From Mobula hypostoma (taxonomy: Eukaryota), in the NCBI RefSeq assembly GCF_963921235.1, contig NC_086097.1, positions 133,488,001 through 133,552,000 of the forward strand: a stretch of DNA of 64,000 nucleotides. Reading direction: 5' to 3'. Below, in pieces: positions 34,656 to 48,680 of this stretch (within the stretch, counting starts at the first letter, position 1; the number at the start of each line of letters is the position of its first letter). The notes under the pieces are model-generated. The model made no database searches, was not told the DNA's origin, and was given only the letters and a program-made list of their open reading frames with translations. Both the position numbers and the translations under genes were made by a program.

Positions 34656-35318
34656 TGGGCCAGTGCCTTCTATATCACAGTATTTTCAAGTAGATAACTA
34701 AATGTATGCAATTGCTCCATAGTAGAACTTGTCAATATCATTAATTCCCAAATTCAAAACCTCCTGGTTATATATGAACACTGTAAACTTTGTTTACGCT
34801 CACTTTTAAATAAATGAATTGGTTATCAATGTCCATGATCTGCTTTTTTAATGAGAACATTAGATATTCTTCAATCTAATGAGAAGTGAATCTTGAAATT
34901 TAAATTGTCATGCAGTTGTATCTTATATTCCATTGTGTAAGTACAGTATATGACTGTTAAATTAATCTTTTCATCTCCTTGTAAATTTTGCAAGAATTCA
35001 GTAATCTCTTTCATACTGTGTCATTCATTGTGGTACAACTATCTCTCAGCTTCAGAGTTTCAGTTTTAGATCTCAGTGTGATAGTGTAGGCATATTGCTG
35101 AGTGACTGATAACTCGAAAGAGTCATAGCAAAACAAGCTTGTCTGCAAAAAAAAAGGTATCAATGCTTTTTGCATGGAATGGAAAGTACTTGTGCAAGGT
35201 ACTCTGGGATCGAAGCCTCACATATTGGCGAGCAGAATCCAGCCAAAGGATGTATCAAGATTCTAGATGTAAGCCTTTCATTCAGTATCAGTTCCAATGA
35301 AACTGAGCAGAATATCTA

Positions 35319-35859
35319 TACTCAGTAGCTACTTTATTAGGTATACCTGGACACCTGCTCATTAATGCAAGTATCTAATCAGCCAATCATGTCAAAGCAT
35401 AAAAGCATGCAGACATGGTCAAGAGGTTCAGTTGTTGTTCAGACCAAATATCAGAATGTTGAAGAAATGTGATCTAAATGACTTTGACCATGGAATGATT
35501 GTTGGTACCAGACAGGGTTGTGTGAGTATTTCAGAAACTGCTGATCTCCTGGGGTTTTCACACAAAACAGTCTCTAGAGTTTACAGAGAAAGATGTGAAA
35601 AACAGAAAGAAAATCCAGTGATCAGTAGTTCTGTGGGCAAAAATGCTTTTTTGATGGAAAACATTGGAGGAGAACGGTCAGAATGGTTCAAGCTGACAGG
35701 AAGACAGTAGTAACCCTAATAACCACACGTTAAAACAGTGGTATGCAGAAGAGCATCTCTGAACACATAACACATTGAAATTTGCAGCAGAAGACCATGA
35801 ATATTCACTCAGTGGTCACTCTACAGGAGGTAGGTACCTAATAAAGTGATCACTGTGTG
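35319..35859 (+). mobile_element. Non-autonomous Tc1-like element with HTH remnant
   Basis: TIRs TACTCAGTAGCTACTTTATTAGGTA and GTACCTAATAAAGTGATCACTGTGTG; KKCDLNDFDHGMIVGTRQG..SISETADLLGFSHKTVSRVYRE. Confidence 0.88.
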
Positions 35860-36551
35860 CACATGCTTTCTCTATAGCATACATGAAGAATGAGTGTCTG
35901 GTATGTTCCCCATCTCCATCTGAAAGTTCTTGAACAAGTTGTCACACTCTAGATTGTATGCTCAACTCTCTTGCAATCACCCATTTAAATCTCCAGCTAC
36001 ACCTACCCTGCATTGAAGTGACCAAAACCAAGATTCCAAAGAAAATTGTGGATGCACGAAAGGGATCAAAACTGGAAGACTACAGAAATTTTGAAGGGCT
36101 GTAGGTGCAGAGGGAGTATTAATATAGAACAGGTACAAAAACAATCAGTACACTAGTGCAGAATGTTATTACCCTTTTTCTATGTCTAAGTACTGGACAG
36201 ATTTGTGCTTGTATCATGCACTTCATGATCTGTAGTATGAAATGCTCTCTTGAGTTTTATAGTAGCATGTTGGCCTAAAGATCTAGAAGTCTGGTCGAAT
36301 GATCTACTGTAGAAACTTGAGTTAAAATCCCACCACCACAGTAGCCACTTGATTAAATAAATTTGGATGCAAAGTTATTATCATTAAAGGCAGGAAATGA
36401 GTAGTCACAATGGTATGTATTCTTCTTAGCAATTGTTTCATCTGGGGTCAAGACATTCAGTCTGAATAAGCCGACATTCACATGAATGTATCTCAGAAGG
36501 CCCTCTCTCCCTCCTCTTCACCTCTCTCTAGTTAGCACTGTGACCTATGGT

Positions 36552-37438
36552 TGTGATGGGAAGGTTCCCAGATCAGACCCTGACTTAGATACTCCCCTCA
36601 ATTTATATAATTCATATAACTATAAGAAGTTAGGCAAAAGGATAAACCACCCTGGCCCGACTAATTTCTGAAGAGCTGTTTTCTAAAGTCTGAATGATAT
36701 CAGCTCCTTTATCAATTCTGCTCTGTCATATGAGGGCCTGTTTTCTAACCTCTGTGCTTTCCCAGTCAGGTTGAGTCATAGATTCACAGATCTGTAAAGA
36801 ATTTGTTCTTTGGTTTCCAAGGCCAAGCTGAACACTGATTTCCACAAGCAGGTTGTAACCTAGTGTTTGTGGAAATATGTAAATATAAAGGGCCCCCAGC
36901 ACAAACCAAGAACTCTATTTTAGTTAATAATAATCTTAACCACTAAAATTTGCTAAAACACGTATTACGCAAAGGATAAAAAGATTACAACTACTGAACA
37001 GTGAAGTTATCTAGATGAAGAGTTTCAACTCGAAATGTCAATTTTGTTCCTGCTGTTCTCCTCTCTTCATCTTCCTTTCCAGCTGCCTGCCTTCATCCTC
37101 ATCTTTCCACCTTGTGGATATATTGGTCTACCTTTCCCTGTTTTGATGGACTTCAGCCAAGGGCTGGATCATGAGCAAGGTGCTTAGGACTGAGGGGTGG
37201 TTTCATGAGCGAATTGGATTTCAGACCTCCCCCAACAAGAGTAACAATCAAGCGGTGACTAAGACTCGTTAGCCCTGAAATCTTTGTGAATTGCTATGTA
37301 GTATTTTGTATGGTTTATTTGTGCTTTTTGTTTGATGGTAATAAATTACAATTAAGTTACTTTGTTGTGCTTGCACGCTTATTACTACATCTTCTGGACA
37401 CACAAATAGTTTGGGTCTGATCAACCCACTCCATTACA
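36552..37438 (+). mobile_element. Possible old solo LTR with internal insertion
   Basis: TGTGATGG...CCATTACA inverted termini, TATAAA near 36884 and AATAAA near 37340; no matching TSD. Confidence 0.4.
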
Positions 37439-38427
37439 CTTGTGCCTCTGAATCTATTTGTTAGTAATATCTATCTTACTTTTTGCTAATTGTCATATAT
37501 GGCATTGACTGCTTGACTGTCTTATTGAGCATGTAAACCACTATGTCTACTTATACATATTAGACACTGTTTACCCAAACACAGTAAACTGATTTGGCTA
37601 ATAACCTTGCTGATGCTTTACATGTATTATTATTTCATCATCTGGTTACTTAGTTTCAGTGCTGAATTAATATTGTTTAATGCTGTGGGAGTAATATGCC
37701 AACATCTCTCCGAATGACTCATATTTTAAGAGGCTGTTTCCCAAATGCTTTGGTTAGGCTGTGCACACCTGCATTTAAATTCCACCAACAGTTAGGCTAA
37801 ATTGCTTCTAATGACAAAGAGCTCTTAAATATCATGTTGCAGAGAAGTACGGTTTTGCTGAGGCAGTGCAAGCAACAGCTCAATGCACTCTTTGACCACA
37901 GATTTGTTTTATTTGGTCCATGGTGATCTTAAACTTCTTCATTTTAGGCTTCCAATTTGCTTTCCTATTGTTCAAACAACTGAGAAAATTACACTGTAAA
38001 ATGGTCGAAGCTCTTTTACAAGAATTTGCTTTGGATATGGAACCAATATACTTTATCCACTTGCACATTGAATAGTGGTCCATGAATTGCTCTACGTAAG
38101 TCCATTAGAAATAGAAACTCTCAAACAAGATCAGCGTCTCATACAAAAATGGAATATTCATTTCTTAAAGGACAGGCCACGTGGCTTTCTCAAATCTACT
38201 TCCCCATTCAGTATGATAATGGTTGCTCTGATTTTCTCAGTTGATTTCTTCAGCCCCTGATTCCCTCACACTCCAAAAATCTACCTTTGAACCCTGCCTC
38301 TACATATCTTTGGAATAAAGAATTCTAAATATCATTCTCCTGAGGGAAGAAATTCCTCCTCAACTCAATTTCAGAGTTGTTAACCCCTTATCCACAGACT
38401 ATGCCTGCTAGTTCTAGACCCCCACAG

Positions 38428-38721
38428 TATTTTTTAAAAATTTATTGCAATAACCTGCGCAATAGGCCCTTCCAACCCTTTAAGCCGCACCTCCCAGCAA
38501 TCCCCTGACTTAACCCTAGCCTAATCACTGGACAATTTACAATGACCAATTAACCTACCAGTCGGTCTGTCTTTGGACATTGGGAGGAAACCAGAGCACT
38601 TGGAGGAAACCCACATGGTCATGGAGAGAACATACGAACTCCTCATAGGCAGCAGCGGGAATTGAACCTGAGTTGCCTGTACTGTAAAGCACTGTGTTAA
38701 CCACTACACTACCATGCCGCC
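38428..38721 (-). mobile_element. Full-length HE1/V-SINE-type SINE
   Basis: Minus strand GGGCGGCATGGTAGTGTAGTGGTTAAC A box, GGTTCAATTCC B box, V-type core and A-rich tail. Confidence 0.85.
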
Positions 38722-39349
38722 CTATTCCCTACCTATTAAACATCTACAATTTAATGAATTCTGCTCTCATTCATTTGGATGCTGAGTCTGTGATCTCAAT
38801 CATATAATCAAGTCAAAGTCAAACAATCTGATGGAGTTCCCACAGAGTGCCTCTTTGTCAGGTTTGAAGTGGAACATGCTTTTTCTGTCAATGACTCCAG
38901 AGAATTTCCTGTCTTTAACAATGTTGGGACTCCAGCCAATTAAGTACTTCTTGAGCCATACTCATTGTTGAAATGCAGGGAATATGGCGGAGCATTTGCA
39001 CAATGAAAGCCAACTCAAACAGCATTGAGGTAATGTTCCAGTAATAATCCATTTTTATCGATAACAGGAAAACTGATGTGAAGCCAAGATCTGATAGTCA
39101 TGAATGATAAGGCTGGTGAAAGCAAACTATTTTTTTAATGGTCATCTCAGCTAATATTTTCCATATTACCATTTTAAAGAAATGTAGGGAAATGTTTCCC
39201 AGTACTCTCATCCACATCAAGTTGTCATTTGTAGGAGCTCACTTTGTACAACCTATCTACCTTATAATAGTGAGTAACCTACAAAATTAAAGCTCCTTGA
39301 GCAGGGGAGAAAGTGTCCTAGGACATGCTTAATTTATTTATCTATTTGT

Positions 39350-39925
39350 TTATTTACTATCTAAATTCTGCACTTTCTGCTGCCTTGGGAAAGCAGCCAA
39401 TATAATCTAAGATCCCTAACACCCTGGTAATTCTCTCTTCTCCCCCACCCCTTTGATCCAGCAGAAGATACAAAAGATGGAAGACAAGTAACACCAGCTT
39501 TAACACACGCAAAATGCTGGAGGAACTCAGCAGGCCAGGCAGCATCTATGGAAAAAAGTACAGTCGATGTTTCAGGAGATGTGTTGCTGGGATTTCCAGC
39601 ATCTGCAGATTTTATCTTGTTTGTGATTTGACCACCAGCTTTAAGGACAGTGTCTATCCTGCTTTTACAAGACTTTTGAATGGACCTCTGGTATGGTAAA
39701 GATGAATTTTTGATCTCTCAATCTACCTCATCATGGCCTTTGTTTTTATTTTGACTTAATTTTTCTGTACACTGTACCTTCTCTGTAACTGTAACACTAT
39801 TTCTGCATTCTGTTATTGCTTTTTCTTTGCATACATCAACATACTTATGTTTGGAATGAACTGTATGGAAATAAAGTGTTCTATTGCATCATGGCACACT
39901 TGACAATAATGAGCCAATTACCAAT
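39350..39925 (+). mobile_element. Rex/Babar 3' end interrupted by a collapsed Penelope-type inverted fragment (~39501-39626)
   Basis: GKAANII.DP.HPG..LFS motif; ACCAGCTTTAA occurs on both sides of the PLE-like segment. Confidence 0.65.
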
Positions 39926-41084
39926 TATTAGACCCAGTTTTCCTTCCTCAAGAAAAGCAAGAAAAACTCTTTCCTGGTTTTATCTTATGGCATGGTATTC
40001 CCACATCAACTACATAGTTCATAACTGATTGTTCCTTCTGTATATGTTTTACATCCTCAAATACTGTTTACATTTCCATGCAATGTCACAACTGTGATCA
40101 ATCAGTAATGTATTCCAATACTTAATAGTTGCTCCCATGCACTGTAATGTTAACAATGTTAAATGCCAAATGAATGGATTGTTTCAACAGCAAATCTGAC
40201 CTTCAGATAAAATTTAGTGTGAAGAAATAACAAAACTAAGCACACTCAATTCAGAACATACAGAAAGTCAATTCATGCAACCTACTGATATTTATCTATC
40301 AGCATTTTAACTCTTACAATGTGCTGACTGATTTCTGGTTGTTACATTGGTAGAGTCATACAGCAGAGAAGCAGGCCCTTCGGCTCAAACAGGTCATGCT
40401 GACCAAGACAACCATCGAAGCTAGTCTCATTTGTTCATATTTAATCCATAATCTCTAAACCTTTCCCACCAATGTGCCTGCCCTTTTAATGTTGTAAATA
40501 CAGATTTGTCTTCAAGCTCTTGTACCTCTTCCACAATGGTAGTAATGGGAAGAAAACATGTCCCAGATGCGAATGGGTTGCTTTGCCAGAGCTGTTAGCT
40601 TTCTGAGCACAGTGTCTTCTGGGACTCCTTCAAAGTCGAACCAGCAGACCCTGTGCTCATCTTCAAAACAGAGCACAAGCAAGTGTCAGATCCTCAGGTT
40701 AGGTGTTCCAGATGCCTTGATCGCTCATCACCTTCAAAAGTTATTGATTTTATCTGAAATGTCTCCGATAACCTCTGAGCAGGTTTAAAACATTTTAAAT
40801 AGTCAAGAAAGAATAATGATTTAAAAATTAAATTAAGTGTTTGGATTGATTCACTTAACATTGGTTCAAATGGACCATGGTGTGATCACGTGGCACCTTT
40901 CCTTGGTGTAAAGCTGAGGGACTGATGTAAAGTGAAAATGGACACCCTCCTTAGCACTTATTGGTGGATTCTGCTACAGAAGAGGGCAGATCTTCTGCAG
41001 CCAATTCCACATTGTCTCTGGTTCCCACAGTTGCCCAAGTGTGTCCAAGACAAGCTGAGCAGCAAATTTGCTGACAGCCCTGCT

Positions 41085-41850
41085 CAAGAACACAAACACA
41101 TAAGAAATAGAGCAGGAGTTGGCCATTCAGCCCCTCATTCCAGTTCAGCCATCAACAGCATCAAGGCTGATCCTTAGTGTTATTTTCCTGTGCCAATCCA
41201 AAACTCCTTTAGTTTGCATAATATCCAAACACATTTGATCTGTACTTTGACCATCTTACCTGCTGACCCTTCAGGTTCTCTTCAGAAAATAGAAAACAGA
41301 GGATTACTGTCAGATCGCCAGCCAGGGTAAGTCCCATGGCCACTGCCTTCTATGGGCAAACCAATTCTGAATCTACACACTGGATCCAATGCACTTTAAT
41401 CTTCTGGGACGTGCCTCCTATGAGGGACATTGTGAAATTCCTTACTAAAATCCATGTAGACAACATCCACAGCTCTACGTTAATCAATTAACTTTGTCAA
41501 CTCCTCTAAAAACTCAATCAACTAGTAAGACACCACATGAAACCATGCTGACTGTCCCTAATTGAGCCATGGTTTTCCAAATGCTCATAAATCCTAACCC
41601 TAAGAATTCTCTCAGTAACTTCCCTGCAACTGATATGAAACACACCAGTCTGTAATTTCCAGGACAGAGAATTCAAAGTATCCACACCCCTCTAGATTTA
41701 GACATTTCTTAACATCTCTGTGCTGAATGAGTAACTCCTTATTTTGAGACTATGACTCCTGATTGTAGACACCCCAATCAGGAGAAACATTAACTCTACA
41801 TCTACATCATCAAACTCCTTAAGAATGTTATATGTTTTAATGAGATTAAG
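41085..41850 (-). mobile_element. Nested CR1 fragments
   Basis: CATAAGAAATAGAGCAGGAG tail; reverse SQHGF....SCLT.LIEFLEE.TK and VVYMDFSK.F. Confidence 0.75.
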
Positions 41851-42539
41851 TATATATTAGGGATGTTTTGGTAAAATTGATATACATTAAGGCTGTAGTA
41901 TGCTCAGGCCAATTTAAAGAACAGGAAGGGAGAATAGGTTTAAATGGAAGAAGTACAACACAGTTTAAAGAGGAAGTAAATTGTTCATTTACTCCTTTAT
42001 TTTGTGTGCAACAGGCATAATTAGGGTTCTGAGGTAATAGAAGTAATGCTTCCTTAAATAAAATGTTGATTGATAATAAATATGATACACAGAGCACAAG
42101 AGTTCTTATTTAGAAGATTAAAAATAGCAAAAATAATAGTTCATCGTGCTTGCTTCTAATAATGTGTAACTTAAAGATATTCCATCAGCTACTCCTGTCT
42201 GGTATTGCCAGCACAGCATAAAATAAAATGGTTTAAATATGAGATTTTTCTTGGCTAATGTGTGCAGCTATTGTTTTTTTCCCCTGTATAATGTCAATCA
42301 GATGTTGGGAAGGCTGAAAGTTTTAGTAATGCTTTGCTGCCATGAGTGTCATGAGTTTGCTATCATGAGTAACAGGCTATGCTTGTGGAACTAGAAAGTT
42401 TGGTTCTTTCGAAATATTGAGAGACTTGGAACAGATGTGACTCTCCAGTCCTCCTTTCTAGCCCTCAGTAGCTATTCCCAATATTTACACAGTATCTGTA
42501 GCATGTGAAATACATTATAAGATCATAATTAAACAATAT

Positions 42540-42825
42540 TCCTCAGAACAAAGGAAAGTGAGAGGAGATTTAATAGAGTACAAGATGATAAGAGCATAGA
42601 TATTAGAGATTTCTACTCTGGGTGGAAATGGCTAATACAAAGGTGCATTATGTTAGGGTGATTAGAGGATAGAATAAAGGGAATATCAGAGATAAGTTCT
42701 TTACATAGAGTGCTGGGTGCATGGAACACCCTACTGGGGATGATGGTAGAGGCAGATACATTAGGGGCTTTTAAGAAACACTTAGTTAGGTACATGAACG
42801 ATAGAAAAATGGAAGGCTATGTAGA
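42540..42825 (+). mobile_element. CR1 3' end
   Basis: VLGAWNTLLGMMVEADTLGAFKKHLVRYM. Confidence 0.8.
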
Positions 42826-45310
42826 TCATAAAGCCATAAGACATAGGAGCAGAATTAGGCTTTTCAGCCTATCAAGTCTGCTTCGCCATTCCATCATGGC
42901 AGATTTATCATCATCTCAAACTAATTCTCCTGCCTGTTTTCTGTAACCTTTTATGCCCTGATTAACAAGAACCTATCAAACCCCACCTTAAATATACTCA
43001 ATGACTTGGCTTGCAGAGCTATCTGTGGTAGTGAATTCCACAGATTCAAGTCCCTCTGGCTAAAGAAATTTTTCCCCATCTCTGCTGTAAATGGATGTCC
43101 CACTATTCTGAGGCTGTTCCCTCAGGTCCTAGGCTCCCCCACTATAACAAACATCCTCTCCACATCCACTCTCTTTGGGCCTTTTGATATTCGATAGGTT
43201 TCAATGAAAATCGCCCTCCCCCAATTCTCCTAAACTCCTGTGAATAGAGGCCCAGGGTCATCAAGCTCAGTAGCGTAATGATTAGCACAACACTATTACA
43301 GCTCAGGCCGTCAGAGTTCAGATTTCAATCCCAGCGTCCTCTGTAAAGAGTTTGTATGTCCTCCCTGTGGGTTTTCTCCGGGTGCTTAGGTTTCCTCCCA
43401 CAGTCCAAAGATGTACCGGTTAGTAGGTTAATCCTGTGATTAGACTAAGATTAAATAGGGATTGTCAGGGGTTGCTGGGCCAGAAGGACCTATTCTGTGC
43501 TGTATCTCTAAATAAATGAATGAATAAATAAATAGATAGGTAGATAGATAAATAAAATCTTGTAAGCATTCGACAAATTCCCTCCCTTGGGATCCAGCAC
43601 CAACTGGCTTTTTCCAATCTACCTCTATATTGAAATCCCCTATGACTATCGCAGCAGTGTCCTTTTTACATGCCTTTTCTATCTCCCATTGTAATTTGTC
43701 CTGGCTACTGTTTGGAGCCCTGTATACAACCCCAATCAGGGTATTTTTACCCTTGAAGTTCCCTAACTCTACCCACAATGATTCTACATTTTCCTATCCT
43801 ACTTCTTTCTAAGGATTTGATTTCATTTTTTACCAATAGAAGCAACTACCCCCTCTGCCTACCTGCCTTTCCTTTCAATACAATGTGCATCCTTGGATGT
43901 TAAGCTCCCAACTATGATCTTCTTTCAGCCATGACTTAGCAATGTCCATATCATCATGCCTGCCAAACTCTAACTGTACTACAAAATTATCTACCTTATT
44001 CTGTATACTGCGTGTATTCAAATATAACACCTTCAGTCCTGTATTCATCACCCTTTTCAGTTTTGGCCCCTGTTACTCAAGCTCATCCCACTGTCTTCAA
44101 TTTTGCCCTATCATCAGCCTGTCTTTCCTTACAGTCTTACTGCACACTGCATCTAGTTGTACACCAACTGCCCCATCCTCAGCACCATCACTCCAGTTCC
44201 CATACCCCTGCAAAATGAGCTTTAACCCTCCCTAACAGCTCTAGCTAAGGATATCGGTCCCCTTTGTGCTAAGGTGTAACCCATCAGTTTAGTATATGTC
44301 ATACCATCCCCCGAAGAGATCACAGTTATCCAGAAATCTGAAACCCTACCCCCGCACTCATTCTTCAGCCACGCATTCATCTACCAAATCATCCTATTCT
44401 TACCCTCACTGGCACATGGCACAGCCAGCAATCCAGAAATTACTACTTTGGAGGTCTTGCTTTTCAGCTTTCTACCTAACTCCCTATATTTTCTCTTCAG
44501 GACTTCCTCTCTTTTCCAACCAATGTACCACAACCTCCGGCTGTTCACCCTCTCTTTTTAGTATACTGTGGACCAGATCTGAGACATCCCTGAAACTGGC
44601 TCCTGGGAGGCAACACGCCATCCGACTGGCTCTTTCACATCTATAGAATCTGTTGTCTGCCCCTCTAATAATGGAATTCCCTAAAGCTACTGCACTCCCC
44701 TTCTCTGCCTTTCCATTCTGAGCCACAGAGACAGACCCAGTGCCAGAGATCAGGGCGCTGCAGATTTCCCCAGTTGGTTATCCCCCAAAAGTATCCAAAG
44801 TGGTATACTTATTATTGAGGGAGCAGGCCATATGGGTACTCTGCACTAGCTGCCTATTCCCTTTCCCTCTCCTTACAGTTAGCCAGGTATGTTCCTCCTC
44901 CAACTTAGCAGTAACTATCTCCCTGTGGCTCCTTTCTATCACCTCCTCATTTTCCCATATGAGTGGTCATTCAGCTGCAGTTCCAGTTCCTTAACATGGT
45001 CTCTAAAAAGCTTCAGCTTGGTGCATTTCAGGCAAATGTAGATACCAGGGAGATGGCAGGTATTCCCAAAGTTCCCACGACTCACACAAGGAACATGCCA
45101 TTTATTCTGGATGGATTCTCAGCTCACTAGCTGTTTACTAACAGAAAAAAAAACTATCAGAAACTTACTTAGAACCTGCACCTATGTTTGCCCAAGCCTG
45201 TTTTCAGCAAAGTTTGTTGAGCCAAAGACTGACCACTCTAACACTGTCCACTCCTACAATGGCCGCTCCGCTTTTACCTCACTTCTCTTTATTGGCCCAT
45301 GTTGAGTACC
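42826..45310 (-). mobile_element. CR1 with ORF1 SGNH-esterase and endonuclease, abutting a CR1 3' end; RT absent
   Basis: ORF1 ALGNSIIRGADNRF...SRMACCLPGA...EGEQPEVVVH; APE motifs WVEL....GKNTLIGVVYRAPNS and IVIGDFN; 3' end at 42826-43262. Confidence 0.85.
43265..43556 (+). mobile_element. HE1/V-SINE-type SINE
   Basis: TAGCGTAATGATTAGC A box, V-type core GGGTTTTCTCCGGGTGCT.AGGTTTCCTCCCACAGTCCAAAGA, (TAAA/TAGA)n tail. Confidence 0.85.
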
Positions 45311-46867
45311 AAAAAGATTGTTATGATTGCAGCCACCAAAAAGTTCTGAAAGCACTTGAGTTCTTTTTGAACCTTGTGCTGCATCACCAACAACCTCCAG
45401 TGCTGATTGCAGCCTGCCAAAAGACCCTGAGCACTGTTTATATCTCACCTTGTCTCACCAATGAATGAGTTTATTGGAGGGAAAGGTTAGATTGATCATA
45501 GAGTAGGTTAAAAAGTCCACGCAACATTGTGGGCCGAACAATGTATCAAAAGAACCAAAATGGAGGCTTAATTTATAAAATTTACTTAGACTTGCAGGCA
45601 ACACTGAACAATGGTGTCAGAGTGTCTGTTCAAGCATATGGATGTTAGCTAAACACAGTTCAACTTGGGCTGATATCCACCATTTTCCAATATTGAATGC
45701 TTTGATATAGAAACTAGTAGTTTAATCAAGGTACACTCATGCCAATGGAGAAAGGTGAAGATAGATTGAAGAGGTAAGTATGAGTGGAAGGCTGAATGGG
45801 CTACAGTTTGGTCCACTTAGGTTGGTGTTTTCATGGTTATATGATAGGGAGTAGGTTGCAGGATTATGTGAGGGAATGAAGCTGATGGGGAAGATCTAGA
45901 ACTGCATTAGACCAAATGGGTTAAAAGTGTTCCTTCTGTTTCCTATGGTAAGTGAGCAAATGTGAGAAGTGGTTGATATTCCGCATTCTGCTATTGCTTT
46001 TCCCTTTGTGCTACCTCAGCGTACTTGTTTCGGAATGATTTGTGTTGATGGCATGTAAAAGAAAAGTCTTCACTCTATCTTGGTACATGTAGCATAGTAA
46101 ACCAACTAATGTAGCATATAAACCAAGCTGTGGTTGTGAAGTAATCATTTCCATATAGATTTGAGGGGAAACAGTTCTCCAAGTATTTCTCCTTCGATAA
46201 GAAAATTAAAAATCGGCATCAACTCCCGAGGCTTCCAGTGTGAAATAGCTTTGTAATTTTCAAGAAAGAAGACAAGTTTGTCTGTAGTAAGTACAGAGGG
46301 ATTTCCCTGCCATCCATCATGGGGAAAGTCATTGCTAATTTTCTTCTCAGCTCCCTCCCTCCTGTGACTGAAGAACTGCTTCCCCAACCGTAGTGTGCTT
46401 TCCAAACATCCAGAGACCCACTGGACAAGATCGTCACTATGTAACAACCTTTAGAGTAATGTACCATCAACAATTTTATGTAGATTTTTTTGTATCCACA
46501 GAAGCTTTCTGCTCCATCACTCAGGGGCAACTGAGAAGCATCCTTCTTAGATTTGGATGCCTCCAGAAGTTTGTTTCTATCCCACCACTGCTACTTAGTT
46601 CTGACCAATGGGTTCTAAATGGATCAAATCTCACAGCTGACTAGGATTATGAAAGGCCACACTTTTCTTCCTAGCACTTTTCCCAATCAATATTGCTCCT
46701 TACTTCCAACAAGCTAGTTGCCGGAGTTCAACTAATCTATAAGATGAATGGGGAATTGTTCAACTTGTGTTAGCTCCACTCTAGAAGCAAAATTGCTCTC
46801 ACTTCTTTCACCATGTTGCAGCATACTGATGACTCATATTATATATGCATGTTTTGAATTTGAGCTT

Positions 46868-47480
46868 CAAGTACGGTACCGTGCACAATTCTGATTTGAT
46901 GGAGACAGACATGAGAGTACGGAGGAACATCTGGAGAAACTTCTGAAATGCCTGCTTCACTGCCACTGCTACTGTGTGGTCCGGAATCTCCGGAGGAGAA
47001 GGCCCCGAATCCTCGGCTTTGCTTGTTTTGGCGGCCGGGGCGAGATCAAAGGCGCTTGGCAGAGGATGGCGCTGGGGAGGCTGTATCGGAGGGGCTGGTC
47101 AGAGGCTTGAAGTTTTCGGACGGATGGACTCAGTGTCAGATGTGGTCGGGTGCTTCCGATGCATTGGCAGTTGTCGGTGCCTGGAGGTTTATGGCAGGGA
47201 GTTTCTCCCTTTGCCGCCTGCTATCGGGGACTCGGGAGTCGATCGGGACTTTGAGACTTTTTTTTACCGTGCCCATGGTTTGCTCTTTATCAAATTACGG
47301 TATTGCTTTGCACTGCTGTAACTATATGTTATAATTATGTGGTTTTGTCAGTGTTAGTCTTTGGTTTGTCCTGTTTTTCTGTGATATCACTCTGGAGGAA
47401 CATTGTATCATTTCTTAATGCATGCATGCATTTCTAAATGACAATAAACGAGGACTGAGTGTTCTCATAATCTAAAAAAA
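46868..47480 (+). mobile_element. Young non-autonomous retroposon inserted in the RTE element
   Basis: Abrupt CpG-rich block ending GACAATAAACGAGGACTGAGTGTTCTCATAATCTAAAAAAAA; RTE reading frame resumes afterwards. Confidence 0.65.
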
Positions 47481-48025
47481 AGTCCTTATCAGGTCATTGA
47501 AGAAGACAAGAGAATGGGCCTCATGCTTAACATCCACAAGGCAAACTTCCTTTACCAACTTGTCCCTGCTATAACAGTGCTTCTGCAAGCCACTAGAAAT
47601 CATGCATCACTTTCCATATTTCAGCAAACTCAATGAAAACAAACAGTTGATGAAATTTGGTAGAATAGCCTCTGACTGTCTGAAGTAAGGAGTAGTTGAA
47701 GGTCAATTCCCCCAAATCCAGCATAATGCCCATGGTGTTCCCTGACCAGACGTACACTTCTGAAATGTGCACTACTTACAGAAGGCACCTCGACCACAGG
47801 AGAGATGCCACCAATTGTGCCACCGGGGAAAAAAAACTTCCTAATCCTTTGTTAAGGTGTGAAGCTCTGTCAACGCCAATGTCTCCATCATCAGAGGACT
47901 AAGTAATGTACTCTGATGAGTATCATTTGCAGGCACAGTATCAGATTTCCAAAGCAGACATTATATCTTGTGGTCTATCATGATAAAAACTGACCAGGAA
48001 ACAGAGGAGAAGATTCAAGGATGCT

Positions 48026-48680
48026 ATACAAATTGATAGGGTGGTAAAGAATGCATATGGCATGTTTGCCTTTTGTTAATCAAGGCACTGAGTTCAAGAG
48101 TCAGGAAGGTACATTGCAGGTTTATAAACTCTGGTTAGGCCACATCTGTAAAATTGCATTCAATTCTGGTTGCTCCTTTGTAGGAAGGCTATGGAAGGTT
48201 AGGAGAAGGTTCAGAAGAGGTTTACCAGGGTGCTGCCCGGATTACAGAGCATGTAAAGAAAGGGTAGACAAACTTGGGTTATTTTGTCTGGTGTAGTGGA
48301 GGCAGAGGAAAGACCTGATGAAAGATTTTAATATGATAAGAGACATAGATGGGGTATACGGCCAATATCTCTTTTCCCCAGGGTGGAAATGTCAAGTGTG
48401 AGAGAGCATACTGTACATTTAAGGTGAGAGGGGGTAAGTTCAATAGAGATGGCAGAGTGAACTTTTACACAGAGGGTGAGAAGTTCCTGGAAAAACCTCT
48501 GGGAGTGGTTGTGGACGCAAATATGATAAAGGTATTTAAGAGGAATGTAATGTACAGAGAAATATGGACATGATGCATACAGAAGGGATCAGGTTAGTTA
48601 GTCATTTAATTACTGTCTTAAGTAATTTGGCCAAAATCGTGGTCCAAAGGGGCTGTTCCTGTGTGATATGTTCTTTCTTC
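48026..48680 (+). mobile_element. CR1 3' portion inserted in the RTE element
   Basis: DRVVKNAYGM.AF.NQGTEFKSQE..LQVYK and CR1-type 3' tail. Confidence 0.8.

Noticed and set aside
40612..40697. Possible small internal exon (VFWDSFKVEPADPVLIF...)
   Set aside because: Weak splice sites and no recognisable protein similarity
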